From Pelagomonas calceolata (Eukaryota), in NCBI GenBank assembly GCA_918797485.1, contig CAKKNE010000006.1:372001-436000 (forward strand): a stretch of 64,000 nt of DNA, in the 5' to 3' direction. The position numbers were made by a program, and so were the translations under genes. Each line of letters opens with the position of its first letter. Position 1 is the stretch's first letter. Shown piece after piece: positions 1-11,865 of this stretch. The notes beneath the pieces are model-generated. The model was not told the DNA's origin. It made no database searches and was given only the letters and a program-made list of their open reading frames with translations.

Positions 1-1831
1 GACCTAAGTAGAGAACGACGAGTGAGTGAAATTTTCGACTCTCGACGGCCCTCGGCGTCCATAAAATGAAATGCTGACTCTGGCACTCGCCGTAGGCTTC
101 CATAACTCGGGCGACAAGTAGCCGTACGAGGCCGACACCGCGTTGAAAACAGCGGTAATAAAGTTGCCCGTCGTGCGCGAGTGGCCGCGCGTCGTGGAGT
201 AGCAGTCCTGCGTGCAAAGGAGTGAGTTGGCGTTTCGCGTCATGGATGCGGCGGCCGCTAAATAGCTGGCCCGCCCCCGCCGCGACTCGAAGGCCTCATT
301 AGTTGTTGGACGCAGCTGCTGACCTCGAGGCCAGCCATGGCGAGGATCTTCTTAGAGGCCGGGGCGGCGACGAGGCCCGTGCCGCGCGGCGCCGGGATAA
401 GACGCACGCTAACGCTACCACAGGTACCGGAGAGCTTCATGGGGATCGTGTGAGGAAGCCCGGAATTTTTACTGTGTAGATCAACCAGTGAGCGATGCAA
501 CGTTTACAGCCCCGCGGAGACTCTCTCGAAGTGGCAGACGCGTCGATTCTCGTTTTCTGACGCTGTCGCGGACCCCCAGTAGCCGCGGCGGATCGGCACG
601 AGGTGCATCTTGGCCATGATAAGAGCGCCTCTAATGGCCGTAGCGACCTGTGCGCAAATCAATCAGTGAGTCGGGTGCGCGTCGATGGCGTGGAGGTCAT
701 AATTCAGCAGTGGACGTGCCGCGACAATTTGATTTAAGCGCAGGTAGCGACCTCCGAGGAGCACTTCTTGCCGAGGCCGATGTGGCCGTCGAAGTCGCCG
801 ACGGCGACGTAGGCCTCTGCGTGGAGTAAAAACGGTGAGTTTCGGCGAAGGCTGACGTTTACGTCAACATCGACGTTGAAGGCGAGGACGCTGGCAAATA
901 CTGAATCTAGTTCTCTGGCCAGCCGACGACTGCTTCTGAACGGGCTTGATGGTCATCACCTCGTCTTTGAGCTTTCCAGCGGTCGGCGGGAAGAAGTGGT
1001 CCACCTGCGAGAGGAATACGAGCGGTGACCGCGCGCTTAGCTGGGGCTGGGGGGCGGTTAAACCGTCTACGCAAAGGTGCGTCGACGTTGCGTAGATCGA
1101 AGGCGCCTATCTCGGCGCCGAGACGGCACAATCTGGTGCTCCTTGATCGGCATCGAGTGAAGGAAGATTTCCTGTGCGAAAAAACGGGTCGCGAAAACGC
1201 TCCGCGACGCCTAGACTCTCTCATGATCACGAAGACGGCGTCGAGGCGACGTGGTCTCGTGAAGACGCCATCGCCGCGCCGCCCCGGCGAGTTAAAAATT
1301 CATTTTCTGCTCCGGTGCTGACCTCGAGCGAGCGGATTCTGCCCTCCTTCACGAGGCGGCCGAGCTTGGTGACGGGGATCTGTGTGGAAATCAACCGGTT
1401 AGCGTCACGTCATTTTGGCGTGGCGGTCTACGCGTCTATTCAGAAGGCGCGATGAAAAGATTATCCGCACTGCGTTTTGCCCATTCGTCCTTATCGTCGC
1501 CCCCGCGCCTGAGTATATCGACCAGTGAGTTCGCTGCGCCATTGTGTCGATGTCGGCGAAAAAACGCAACCGTATCTGGAAAAACGCGGCCGTTTCTGGG
1601 AAAACGCAGCCACTTGGATACTTTTCGACGCAGCGGTGGTATAGCTTGCTCGATAAGGCGCTCTGCGCCCACTGGAAGCATTGTAGTGAAGGCACCTTCG
1701 ATTTAAGCACTGCGGATTTACCCTCTGCCACGTCCGCGGCCGCGGCCGCGGCCCCGGCCGTCGCGGCCGCGGCCGAAGCCGCCGCGCCCGCCGCGCCCTT
1801 CGCCTCTACCTTCTCCAGGAGGTCCGCCCAT
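1..1831 (-). CDS. RPS2: 40S ribosomal protein S2 (uS5); at least 10 exons, 3' end runs off the window
   Basis: Manually spliced exons 1831-1722 (RGG-rich), 1508-1481, 1379-1323, 1171-1130, 1004-902, 816-752, 647-574, 471-324, 207-91, 3-1 give [82 protein letters not shown]. Introns are GT-AG or GC-AG. Confidence 0.96.
648..751 (-). mobile_element. Introner forming RPS2 intron 6
   Basis: Perfect 8-bp direct repeat GTCGCTAC (minus sense) at 751-744 and 647-640; degenerate TIRs CTGCGCTTAAATCAA / TTGATTTGCGCACAG; internal CGCGTCGATGGCG motif. Confidence 0.85.
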
Positions 1832-2410
1832 GCTGCTGTATGATATCTGGCCTGCGGGGACGATCGGTTAGCGCCGCGTCATCTCGTATTGCTCTCTTTG
1901 CGGCGACGGCGCTCTCTCGCGTGCAGACTGTGCTGCAGCAGTCACGGGTGACGTCTCGTAAGCTCTGCCGAGCCGGCGCAGCGTCGACGGCGTCAACGAG
2001 CGCCGCGAGGCTGCTGGCGACGCAATGTCGTAATAGCAGCCTAGGAGCTCGCCGCGCGCCGCGTCTTTTGCAACACGGCTCGGCTGGCTCAAACGCAGCC
2101 CTCTCGCGAGCTCTTGCTGCAGGAATACGTAGCTGGACGCTGTAGCGGACGTCTAATGCCAATCTCTATCACTGAAAGGCGATTTTGTGCGGGTTCCGCG
2201 ATATGCGAGAAGCACGAAAAGCACGCATTGGCACGCCATATAGGACCTCCCGTACGCGTCCGAGGCAAAAAACGCGACGCGCTTCCAGCTAGCTCGAGGC
2301 CCACAAAAATTGGAGTTCACATAAGACATCAAACGCCGCCCATTCGGCGCCACCGATGCGCATGGGTCGCGCAGCCTAGGCGCAGCGAGCGCACCGCAGG
2401 GGCAGCAACC

Positions 2411-4144
2411 ATGCGCATCCTCCTTGCGCTGGTCCCGTGCGCACTGGGAGAAATTGCCCTCTCCAACGAGTGGCGCAGGCAGCACTGCGTCGGCGACATG
2501 CGCACCCGAAGTTTGGTGGTAGCGACGGCGACGGACTCGCCCAATTTACTCCCTATCCTGGCGGTCATCAACTCGACGCTCACGCACGCCGTTGACGGCG
2601 ACGTTTCTCACGTCGTCATCACGCGGCACGTCCGACGCCTGCACGCGGCGGTCGCCAAGTTCACGCCGACGGCGCAGGTGACGATCTGCGGCGGTTTTTC
2701 CGATTTATTGACCCAAAGGCCACCTCTCGACAAATTGCAAAGGTTGGCAGATACTCAGAGGGTTAGAAGGAAGGAATTACTATCACCGTTCAACTTCGCG
2801 GCGTTCTACTTACCGTACGTGCTGCGAGAAGCCTCTCGCGTGTTGTACTTGGATACCGATGCGGTCGTGGAAGCGGACGTAACTATGTTACGCTCATTGG
2901 ACATGGGCGGAGCGCCCGCCGCGGCGGTGGAGGACTGCACGCAGAAGGTGCATAAGTACGTGAACTACGAGCTGCTCGAGGAGAAGGACCACCACAAGCT
3001 GGGCGGGGAAAAGCACTGGTCTCGGTTCGGGTTGAGCGATGCCGCGTACTCCAACGAGACTTGCGTGTTCAACCGAGGTGTCGTTTTGTTCGATTCGGCG
3101 CGATGGAGGGAATTACGCTTGACGGAGACCATCGAGGATCTGGTTGACGCGTTTGTGAGTACAAGGGCGAAGTTATGGAGAGGAGGGATCTCGCAGCCTC
3201 CGTTCTTGTTGACGCTGGCCGGAAGATACTTAAAGTTAGGCGTGGAGTGGAACGTGCGCGGTTTGGGAAGGTTGGAGCTGGGTAGAGCCGAGTGGATGTT
3301 ATTAGCGCAAGGCGCTCAGGAAAGATACGGCACGCCGGGCCTCGACGCCCACACGGCCCCCGCGGGGCCCTTCCGCCACACGTTCAACCCCTACGTGTCG
3401 CCCTTCGCGGCGCACGCGAAGATTTTGCACTTCAACGGCGACGTGAGAGCGCGGCGTCCCGTGTGAAGCTTCGACGTGATAGTACGCTGTCGCGGCGATG
3501 GCGTCGCGGCGGGCGTACAGCTATTCCCGTCGACTCATCGATCGAAGGACGCCCCGTGAAGACACGTGATGCTTCGTGAGACGAACATAGCTTCGCGTCG
3601 ACGGCGCAGGGAGGGGTCTCACACACAGGTCAAGCCCTGGATGCTCTCCAAACAGGACGCAGAAAACTGGCGGCGATTAGGTATTGAGGTGTCCACCACG
3701 GAAGACACGACACGCCACATCACCGGCGTCTGCAAACTCGCGGCCTGCCCGACGGCCGTCAACGTGACGACTGGGAGACGCCTACGGTCCAAGTGCGAGA
3801 CCTGGACGTCGTCCGAGGACGTCGATGGGCGGGTCCGCTACGACCAGCAGCGTAGAAGCTTGAGCGGCGAGCGCTGGACGGCGAAGACTCTAAAAACCTT
3901 CGGGGCCTACTACGGCCACGCCTGCGTCGCGCGGGCGCCCCTCTGCACGTGCCGCTCGGACATGTCCGACGACTGCGTCACCTCGTGCGCGGCGCTCTGG
4001 CACCGCTACGTCTCGGAAGAGTTGTCCCAGAGCTTCGCGGCGTCCGACGTCGCCTGGGCCAACGACTCGATCGCGTCGACGCCGCACCACCTTAGGGCGC
4101 TGTCGGATTCGCGGCGGCTTACAGAAGTACAATGGTGGCTCTGA
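2411..4144 (+). CDS. Glycosyltransferase family 8 protein with signal peptide; intron 3443-3628
   Basis: YLDTD (DxD), AAVEDC, FNRGV, QPPF, WNVRGLG motifs; splicing restores HFNGD|VKPW (GT8 HxxGxxKPW). Confidence 0.85.
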
Positions 4145-4239
4145 CGACGCCGTGCTCGTGGGGCAGTGTCCTACTACGCCGTCGCCGCGACCCGGGAACG
4201 CACCATCAGACGCGATAGTTATTAATCACAATGTTGTTA

Positions 4240-5157
4240 CTAGAGTACCTTCTTCGACGGCGCGACGTCGGGCCTTCTATCTTGTTCGAACTTCATCAGC
4301 CGCTTGAACGACGTGAGATACTTCCGCTGGGCCTCGTCGTTCATGACGTGGGCCACGTTCTTCTGCTCGACCTTTTCTCGGGCGGTCCGCGTGTGGATAC
4401 CTACCGAGGTCACACCTATGGGCCAGGCCGCGTTGCCGATCGCCACGAGAATGTACGCGTCGTTCGCTTTCACGAACTCGCCCGCGTCGCAGTGCGCGAT
4501 CATCTCTATCAAGCTAGATTTGATGGACGGCTCGAGGCCCTTTCTTTTACATAGCCTTGTCAGGGGTCGTATGTACTCCTTCGTTTGTTTATAAGTTTTT
4601 GTTTTGAGCCGGCCCTGCGCGGAGCGCTTGTCCGCATCACTCCTAGATTCGAGGGCCGCCTCCCAGGCCTTGAGCCGCGCCTTGATCCAGGATCTGATAC
4701 GAGAAAAGTCGTCTGTCAGATCTTCTTCCTCCTCTTTTTCTTCCTTGGTTTCTTTGGCCTCGCTGATCTCGTGCCCCCCTCGCAGCCGGAAGTCGTCCTC
4801 CCCCTCGTTCCGCGGATCATGTAATGCTAATCGTCGTATTCTCTCATCAGCAGTCTCTCCAAATAACGTGACGGGCTGGCCCAGTTGCCTCAGGCGCTTG
4901 ATCACGTCTCCTTGCGGCAGTTTAGTTAACGCTTTGACGCGCTCTTCAATACGGTCGTCGTCTTTCGGTGTGGTCGGTTGAACTTCTTCCACAACGACGG
5001 GTCTGGCGACCGGCTTGCGCGCGGCCGATGCCTCGATGTCCTTGCGCCGCTGCTGTTGCAAGTCGGCAGTGCGGACCCAGCGGCGCTTCGCGTCGCCGCC
5101 CTTGGCGCCGTCGACCTGCTTGCGCTTTTTTGCGATCTCGGCCGCGAGGGCGTCCAT
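4240..5157 (-). CDS. PRP18: Pre-mRNA splicing factor 18
   Basis: PRP4-like LRQLGQPVTLFGET and Prp18 core AIGNAAWPIGVTSVGIH..AHVMNDEAQRKYL. Confidence 0.95.
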   Translation of the reverse strand: MDALAAEIAKKRKQVDGAKGGDAKRRWVRTADLQQQRRKDIEASAARKPVARPVVVEEVQPTTPKDDDRIEERVKALTKLPQGDVIKRLRQLGQPVTLFGETADERIRRLALHDPRNEGEDDFRLRGGHEISEAKETKEEKEEEEDLTDDFSRIRSWIKARLKAWEAALESRSDADKRSAQGRLKTKTYKQTKEYIRPLTRLCKRKGLEPSIKSSLIEMIAHCDAGEFVKANDAYILVAIGNAAWPIGVTSVGIHTRTAREKVEQKNVAHVMNDEAQRKYLTSFKRLMKFEQDRRPDVAPSKKVL

Positions 5158-5651
5158 CTTTGCGTCTTTGCGCTGTTCTTGGCTGCGCCGCGGCGGCGTC
5201 CGGTGGCACGGCTGCGGCCCGCGGTGCGCCTCTTGAGCAGTGCAGTGTGCAGCACACGGCGACGGCGTCTGGGGGTGCAGCTGTCGCGGAGCAGCGCAGG
5301 GCTAGATCAATATGGCTTTAACTGGTATCAATGCGCATGCGCGTGGCTTATAGCCTCTGTTTTGCCTCCTTTTACTCTGGGCTAGTGTTTTACAGCCCGC
5401 TAGCCTCACTTTGCTAACTTGTCCTTCGTCGATTCAGCGCTTGCTGGCGAGGGACTTACCGCACGAAGCAGGCGGTCTGAAGCGTCCTTTGTCGCCGCCC
5501 CCGAGTGCTGGTGCAATCTCAGCTCACGCTGCGTCTTGCTCTTGCCGCCTGCGAGAGAAGAACTGCTGCCTGCTTGCCTGACGCATTGCCGCCGGGACGC
5601 GCAGCGCACCGGCGAAGCGCCTGGACACGCAACACACTGGTGAAGCTTGCG

Positions 5652-6440
5652 ATGGGTGCTCTCAGCCGCGGCGCAACCGCGAGCCGCGCCTCGACCGCGA
5701 GCCGCGCCGCGCTCTGCGCCTTGCTGGCGGGGCGCTGCGCCGCTTTCACGTACTCTGCGCGCCCCCCGCGCTCGGTGACGTGCCGCTTCGTGCTCGAGCG
5801 CGCCCCCGACGCCGCCGGCGCGCCGCCGCGCCGCAAGGTCGTCCGCAAGAGCACGCAGACGACCTGGGACGAGCGCTACCGAGAGCTGTCGACCTACCGC
5901 AGCACCTGGGGCACGGCCGACGCGCCGCTCGGCGACTCATTGGGCCGCTGGTGCCGGACGCAGCGGCAACAACACGCCGAGGGTAAGCTGAGCGACGAGC
6001 GCGTCGCGAAGCTCGACGCGCTTGAGTTCTCCTGGAAGAACCCCACCGAACTTTCAACAGACGAGCTCGAGGCGATTTGGGACACGAACGTCGAGGGTTT
6101 GAGGGCCTACGTGCTCGAGCACGGCAACGGCCAGGTGCCGAAAAAATACAAATTGAATCCGCGCCTGGGCGGCTGGGTCGCCGCGGTGCGGAGACGGGGC
6201 CCGGACGCGCTACCACTAGAACGACGGTCGGATCTTGAAAACGCGGGCTTCGAGTGGATTTCGACGCGGAAATGCGGCTCGGCCTTCATGAAAAATTTTA
6301 GAGCGTTGCGCGATTTACCAAAGGGCGAGGCGCCTTCATCGGAGTTAAAAGCGTGGGCGGCGGCGCAGAAGAAGCTCGCCGCGAAGGGCGGCCTGTCGGC
6401 GGAGCGGCGCGACTACCTCGCGTCGGTGATGGACCTGTGA
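5652..6440 (+). CDS. Helicase-associated (HA) repeat protein, probably plastid-targeted
   Basis: Repeats W..RY.EL..Y...G..LG.W...QR...L...R...L....F.W; hydrophobic leader ending CAA-F. Start codon inferred. Confidence 0.75.
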   Translation: MGALSRGATASRASTASRAALCALLAGRCAAFTYSARPPRSVTCRFVLERAPDAAGAPPRRKVVRKSTQTTWDERYRELSTYRSTWGTADAPLGDSLGRWCRTQRQQHAEGKLSDERVAKLDALEFSWKNPTELSTDELEAIWDTNVEGLRAYVLEHGNGQVPKKYKLNPRLGGWVAAVRRRGPDALPLERRSDLENAGFEWISTRKCGSAFMKNFRALRDLPKGEAPSSELKAWAAAQKKLAAKGGLSAERRDYLASVMDL

Positions 6441-6732
6441 GTTTTTGTAGAATAAACATACCTTGAACATACCTGGAACCAGCCTGGGTCGGGCACCCGC
6501 GGCGACGGCGTACGAGGGCCGGGGGCGGGGCGGGTGTGGGCACCGCGTGCGGTCACGCAGAGTCGCAGACCCCGCGCCGGCCGGGTGGCAGGCAGCCTAG
6601 CTCTAAGCAAAGCAATGGGACGCAGACGGGTCCCGGGCACGCGCAAAAAAAGAAGTACAGCAAAACTGTTAACAGGCGCGGCCCACAAAACTGGGAGGGG
6701 GATGGGGACAAAGGGCCGGCACCAAAACGACT

Positions 6733-8808
6733 TCAGGGCTCATCGGCGGCAAGCTCTTCACCACTGATGAAGTGCGCGAAGGTCAGCTCGTGGGGCTCGT
6801 AGAAGTTCGACTTGACGGCGTCGTAGACGTCGAGCTCCGTGAGCTCCTTGGGCGGGATGGACTGGCCCCAGAACTTGCGCATGTAGTGGGCCGACGCGTT
6901 CTTCGCTTCTTGGTTGCTCTGGTCGAAGAAGGCCGAGGCATTATAACGCATGACGCAGAAGGGCGACACGCCCGTCGACAGGCCGACGTCCATGCCCGCG
7001 AGGCCCTGGGCGTTCGTGAAGAAGGGCATGGGCGACTCCTCCATGCGCTTCCGCGCGAGACCTTCCAAGCCGGCGGCCATGCCGACCTCGCCCCAGCCTG
7101 TGTTGATCGTCGCGTCGATGGCGTTTGGGCGGGTCTCTCTCGCGGCCGCGGCGACGGCGTCGCAACGGCGCGGCGATGGCGTGGGGGTCGTAGCGTCGCC
7201 GGAAGTACAAAAGGACGCCGCGAAACAAACCGGCCCACTGCATCGCCGTGCAGGGCAGGCCCTTGGCGTTGCGGTAGCGCGACAGCGAGTCCAGCAAACT
7301 ATTGGCGGCACTATACGGAGACTGGCCAGGATTGCCATAAGTAGCGACACTAGAAAAGAGCCACAGGAACTCGAGCTTGTCGCAGTTAAACTTCTCGAGG
7401 GCGTGATTCAAATATAAAGCCGCCCAGGCCTGTGTGGAAATCAAATTTCGGGCGCCCCACGCCATCGACGCGACGTTGTCGCCGTGCCCGCGTCGGTTCG
7501 ATGCAACCTAACTCACTGGTTGATTTCCACACACAGGCAAGGGCCTTGGGCTTGAAGACGGCGTCGTACTTTTCGGCATCTTGATTCATCAATAACGCGT
7601 CTCTCAGTATTCCCGCCGAGTGCACGAAACCAACTAGACGATCCGCATGTTCCGACACGAACGCCTCGACGGCCTCGCGACTAGACACGTCGCACTTCTC
7701 CTGGGTGACCTTGATCGAACCTTCTGCAGCTAAGCGTTGCACGTCGTCCCACAGCTGTTGTTGCGCCGGCTGGATCTTGCAGGACCGCGACAGGAACTTG
7801 ATCTCCAACGAAGCCGTCTTTCGTTGATCGCCCAACCTTTCTAGGAGGTACTTGCCCATCACTAAACCTAAAGCACCGTTCCCGCCTCCGATGCCCACGA
7901 CACCGGTAGAAGGCGGCTGGAAGATTTTGGAAGAGGTGTATCGAGGTTCAGCTAACACCATCCTCGCGACGAACCTTCCTCTCCAATTCAACCGCACGGA
8001 ATTCTCGCCGAAACCGGCTTTCCTAGAAACCTCATACCCGATCTGCTCCACTAAGTCATCGTCCACTTTATATTCGCAGTCCACGTAATGAATCGGTGTG
8101 GACGGTAACTCTAATCTGCAAGTATTGCACATGCCGAATAAGTGGGAGGCTGCTACTAAGCCAACTCCAGCTTCATTCCAGGTCTTACTTTCGTTCGAAT
8201 GCGTGTCGGTCGTCAACACAAATAACTTCTTCGCATAGCTTGGTTTGCGTTGGATGATTTGTACTAGTGTGAGGAATACTTTAATGAGTCGGTCGGACCA
8301 CTTGACCACATCGTCCGGATCATTACTTTCCGGCGAGTCCGCGCCAGCCCCGAACACGACCACGTCCCATGAATCAGCTAGTAACTCTTCGACCTTCTCC
8401 GCATCCAACAAGTCGTCATTACCGTAGACGTTGACGACTTTTTTGGCGCCGACATGTCTGTGCTGTTGGAGCGAGTCGAGGACCGAGGTCGTTAATCCCG
8501 ATTCGTCGGCAAAGGCCAGAATATCTAATTTGCCCGTTTCGGAAGGATCTTCCTTGGGGACCGCATCGATAATGGCCTTCGGGAGCGTGGGACCGGCCTT
8601 GCGGATCGTATCCCTTATAGCTTTTTCAGTAGGGGGTAGCGGCTGCTCGACCCACTCTACTAGACAACAAAACTTGCCGTCGACCTCGCTTATAATTTCG
8701 GGCTTGCGCTTCGCGTAGAGGGCGTCGTCCCAGGCCTGCGTTGTGTGGTGTCGTGGTGCGGCGTTTTTTGTGCGGACGCCGGCTCCGCGCGGCAAAGACT
8801 TCGGACAT
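6733..8808 (-). CDS. Stand-alone type I PKS-like ketoreductase; introns 8736-8799, 7430-7544, 7098-7230
   Basis: GIGGGNGALG, CDVS, HSAGILRDA, FKPK|AW, FSSVA.YGNPGQSPYSAAN, MQWAG|WGEVGMA after splicing. Confidence 0.85.
7430..7544 (-). mobile_element. Introner in ketoreductase gene (GC-AG intron)
   Basis: TIRs CTGTGTGGAAATCAA and TTGATTTCCACACACAG; degenerate TSD GCCCTTGC/GCCTGGGC. Confidence 0.85.
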
Positions 8809-9422
8809 GGTGGTGGCGGGCGCGGCGGCGGCGTCGGATGTGGCCTGCGGCGAGGGGCGCGTGACGTGGCGTCGCCGGCGCGGCGGTTTGCGCGACGGCG
8901 CCGCGGCGTAGGGCGCCGCCGCCCCGGCGCGCGCGCGCGTGTGCGACGCCTGTCCGACGGATGCGCGCCACGATTCGCGCAGCGCCGTGGCGCACCGCGC
9001 CGCGCTGTAAGCGCCGTCGAACTGCACCGCTGGCGCGGCGCGCGTGTTAAACTGCTCACCGAGGCGACATGCTTGCAGGACACTGAGCGTCGCGCCTGGA
9101 GCGCTATTTATTGCGCGGTCGCTTCGACGTCTTCTTGACGTATCAGTGCGTTGTCTCGCGCAGTACGAGCACAAATGGTGCGCGCGACGACGAGCTAGCA
9201 GTCCTCAAAACCGGGTAGTGGACTTGCAAATATGCACCCCGCACGCAAAAGAAGGACCAAAATTTGCGCGGCATACCTCGTTTCGGAGCCTTCAGACGAC
9301 GCGGGGAGACGCTAGTTCAAGAACTGGGCCGCGCGCTTCTCCTCCGTTAGCCCAAGCCGGCAGCGCAAAGGGCAGCCATAAGACCATGCCATCGGCCTAA
9401 CAACACACAGAAAGCGAAGAAT

Positions 9423-11711
9423 ATGCCGATCGCACGCCAGCCGGCGAGCAATAGCATCGGGGCGCGGCCTACACCATTCATCAAGACCGCATCGGCAGCT
9501 ACCCAGCAAAGGATAAATGAAGTGCTGGGCGCCGAAGGAATAGAGCGCCGAAGAATGCTCCTCGTCTCGACCACGGGGCCGACGTCTTTTGTGGTTGCGG
9601 AACAAAACGCGCCAGACGGCGACGAGGCGAGCGAGCGGCCCGCGCGCGAGAAGCATAGGGTCAAAATAGGCCACCGCCACTCGTGCTCATGTGGACACCT
9701 GGGAGACGGCGAGCTCTGCCACCACGCCCTGTTCATTTTGTTGAAGGTGCTGCGCGTCCCCAAAGACAACCCGCTGGCCTTCCAGACTTCTTTGCTAGAG
9801 TCTGAGCTTGAAGCTGTCCTACGCTTCCGCGCGCTGGCGGACCAGCAAGCGCGGGACCAGGCGAAGCGCCACCGCATCTCCCAACTACGGGCCGAGCGAA
9901 GGCAGCAGCAGCCCGTCGTTCCAGTAGTGGAAGCGCCTGATGAGGCGTTATGCCCCGGACCTAGAGCACAAAACGCCCCGCAGCCGCCTCTGGATGGCGA
10001 GGACTGCCCCATCTGCATGGATTCGTTGACGGATGGTGCTCCACTCACCTATTGTCCGAAGACGTGCGGGAACTGGGTCCATGTCAGATGTTTGAAGGAG
10101 TATGCTGAACATACCGCACCAAGGGAAGCAAAGTGCCCTCTGTGTCGCGACGCCTGGGGCGGCGTGGAGCTGATCCAGGCGTGTAAAGCTAGACTACGGC
10201 GGGAGGCGGCGCAGCCTATGATAGGTGCGAAAGGGTCTGATACCCATAGATTGCGATGCGCGGGCTGCGGCGTCACACCCATCGTCGGCGAGCGATACCG
10301 GTGCGTGCGCTGTGTTCAAGGCGTCGATTTGTGTTCGGGGTGTTTTGGGAGAGGCAAGCACGGCCACCACGGCTTCGTCGCCAAGAGTCTGGTGGGCGAC
10401 GCGTGGGCGGCCGCGCCGCGCGTCAAAGCGCGACCGAACCAGTGGCGGCCCGTCGCGGGGCTAGCCGACGCTAATTTACCAGCGTCGGCGTTAGCTGCCT
10501 TACAGTATCGGGATCTGGGTCCCAACGACTACGCTCTGTTGCAGCAGCTCGATCAGCCGGCGGCGGTGCCGACCTTCCGGTCCCTGGGTTCTTATTTGAC
10601 CAAGGGCCTCGCGTCTTCATCAGACGGCGTTTGCGACGTCTGCGGCGCGGCGTGCGACGCCGTCCTCGCCTGCGGCCACGGCGTCCACCGCGCGTGCGTC
10701 TCGAACGCAATTGACGAGGGAAAGCCCGAGGACGTGCTCTGCCCCGTTTGTGGGGTATCGGCCTTCCCGGGGTTGCGCCGGAAGCCGCGGCGGCCGCGCC
10801 CCGAGGCGCCTCCTTCACAACCGCAAGCCGTGGCGGCCTTCGGTTCCGTCGTCGAGCGCTCGGCGTTCAACGTGCCGCGGTCGCCGCCGCCCGGGCCGCA
10901 AGGTCTGGAAGCGCTCGTCGTCGGCTCGACGATCGGCCCGGCGGCGTCTGTCGTCGGGCCTTCGGCGGGCTCGTTGTTCACCGGCTCGGTCGCGGCGACG
11001 TCGGTGGTCGAGCCGCTGGCGGCGCCGTCCCTGCTGGAGACGGGCTCGGTGTTCACGCTGTCGAACGCGGCGCCGATGAGCCCCAGCTCGCGCGCGGCCC
11101 TCGCCGTCGCGCAGCGGTCCCAGCGCGCGGCGCTCGAAAGGAGCGACCGCGCGGAACGGGCCCGCCAGCGCCGAGCAGCAGCGGCGTCGCGCGGCCCCAT
11201 CGAGTTGGCCGAGGCCGCGGAACGGAACGCGCGGGCCGACGCGGCGCTCGAGCGGCGCGACACGGCGCGCGAGGCGCGGCGGCGCGCGGCGGCGGATCGA
11301 CGCGCCGCCGCGGCGGACCGGCGCGCCGCGCGCGCGGGCAATGACGTGCCTTTGCTGGCCCAGGCGTCGGTCGCCCGCGACGCCGACGCGGCCCTCGAGC
11401 GGGCGACCGCGGCGCGCGAACAGCGGCGCCGCGCCGTCGCGGATCGCAGGGCCGCGGTGGCCGACCGCCGCGCGGCCCGGAGCGAACCAACCCTTGACGC
11501 GGTCGCAGCAATGCCGCCAATGTGGCTCGCGGACGCGGTGCGCTCGGCGTCGGCGCCCGAGGACGGCGTGCTGCAACGGCGGCGGCTCCTGAAGCAGCGC
11601 CAGCGCCTCCACGAAAAGAAGGCCGTGGCGGCACGCGAACGCCGGGAGCGCCTGGCGGGCCGCGTGCTGGTCCTGGCGCCGCCCCGTTTAGGCTTCGCGC
11701 ACGAGTGTTAA
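9423..11711 (+). CDS. ZSWIM2: ZSWIM2/MEX-like E3 ubiquitin ligase (SWIM-RING-ZZ-RING)
   Basis: CSC..CHH SWIM; CPIC..CGNWVHVRC..CPLC RING; CAGC..RYRCVRC..DLCSGC ZZ; second RING CDVC..CGHGVH..CPVC. Confidence 0.8.
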   Translation: MPIARQPASNSIGARPTPFIKTASAATQQRINEVLGAEGIERRRMLLVSTTGPTSFVVAEQNAPDGDEASERPAREKHRVKIGHRHSCSCGHLGDGELCHHALFILLKVLRVPKDNPLAFQTSLLESELEAVLRFRALADQQARDQAKRHRISQLRAERRQQQPVVPVVEAPDEALCPGPRAQNAPQPPLDGEDCPICMDSLTDGAPLTYCPKTCGNWVHVRCLKEYAEHTAPREAKCPLCRDAWGGVELIQACKARLRREAAQPMIGAKGSDTHRLRCAGCGVTPIVGERYRCVRCVQGVDLCSGCFGRGKHGHHGFVAKSLVGDAWAAAPRVKARPNQWRPVAGLADANLPASALAALQYRDLGPNDYALLQQLDQPAAVPTFRSLGSYLTKGLASSSDGVCDVCGAACDAVLACGHGVHRACVSNAIDEGKPEDVLCPVCGVSAFPGLRRKPRRPRPEAPPSQPQAVAAFGSVVERSAFNVPRSPPPGPQGLEALVVGSTIGPAASVVGPSAGSLFTGSVAATSVVEPLAAPSLLETGSVFTLSNAAPMSPSSRAALAVAQRSQRAALERSDRAERARQRRAAAASRGPIELAEAAERNARADAALERRDTAREARRRAAADRRAAAADRRAARAGNDVPLLAQASVARDADAALERATAAREQRRRAVADRRAAVADRRAARSEPTLDAVAAMPPMWLADAVRSASAPEDGVLQRRRLLKQRQRLHEKKAVAARERRERLAGRVLVLAPPRLGFAHEC

Positions 11712-11865
11712 CCAGTGTTTGTTTTTTTCAAGTTTCAAGTTTGAACACTGGCACTACTAGTAACACAAAGAACTTTACCCGAGCGCATCCACAGCCGCTC
11801 GACGCGACAGACTCTCCTAGCAACGCAAACTGCATACGCCATCGACGCCGCGAGCCACGCAAAAG

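Noticed and set aside
1..1721. Intronic snoRNAs in RPS2
   Set aside because: No convincing C/D box pair seen in the introns; they look introner-derived. A covariance-model search would be needed to exclude H/ACA RNAs.
7386..9083. Apparent frameshifts or pseudogenes in the KR, GT8, TBC and DUF285 genes
   Set aside because: Each break is resolved by an intron that restores conserved motifs in frame.
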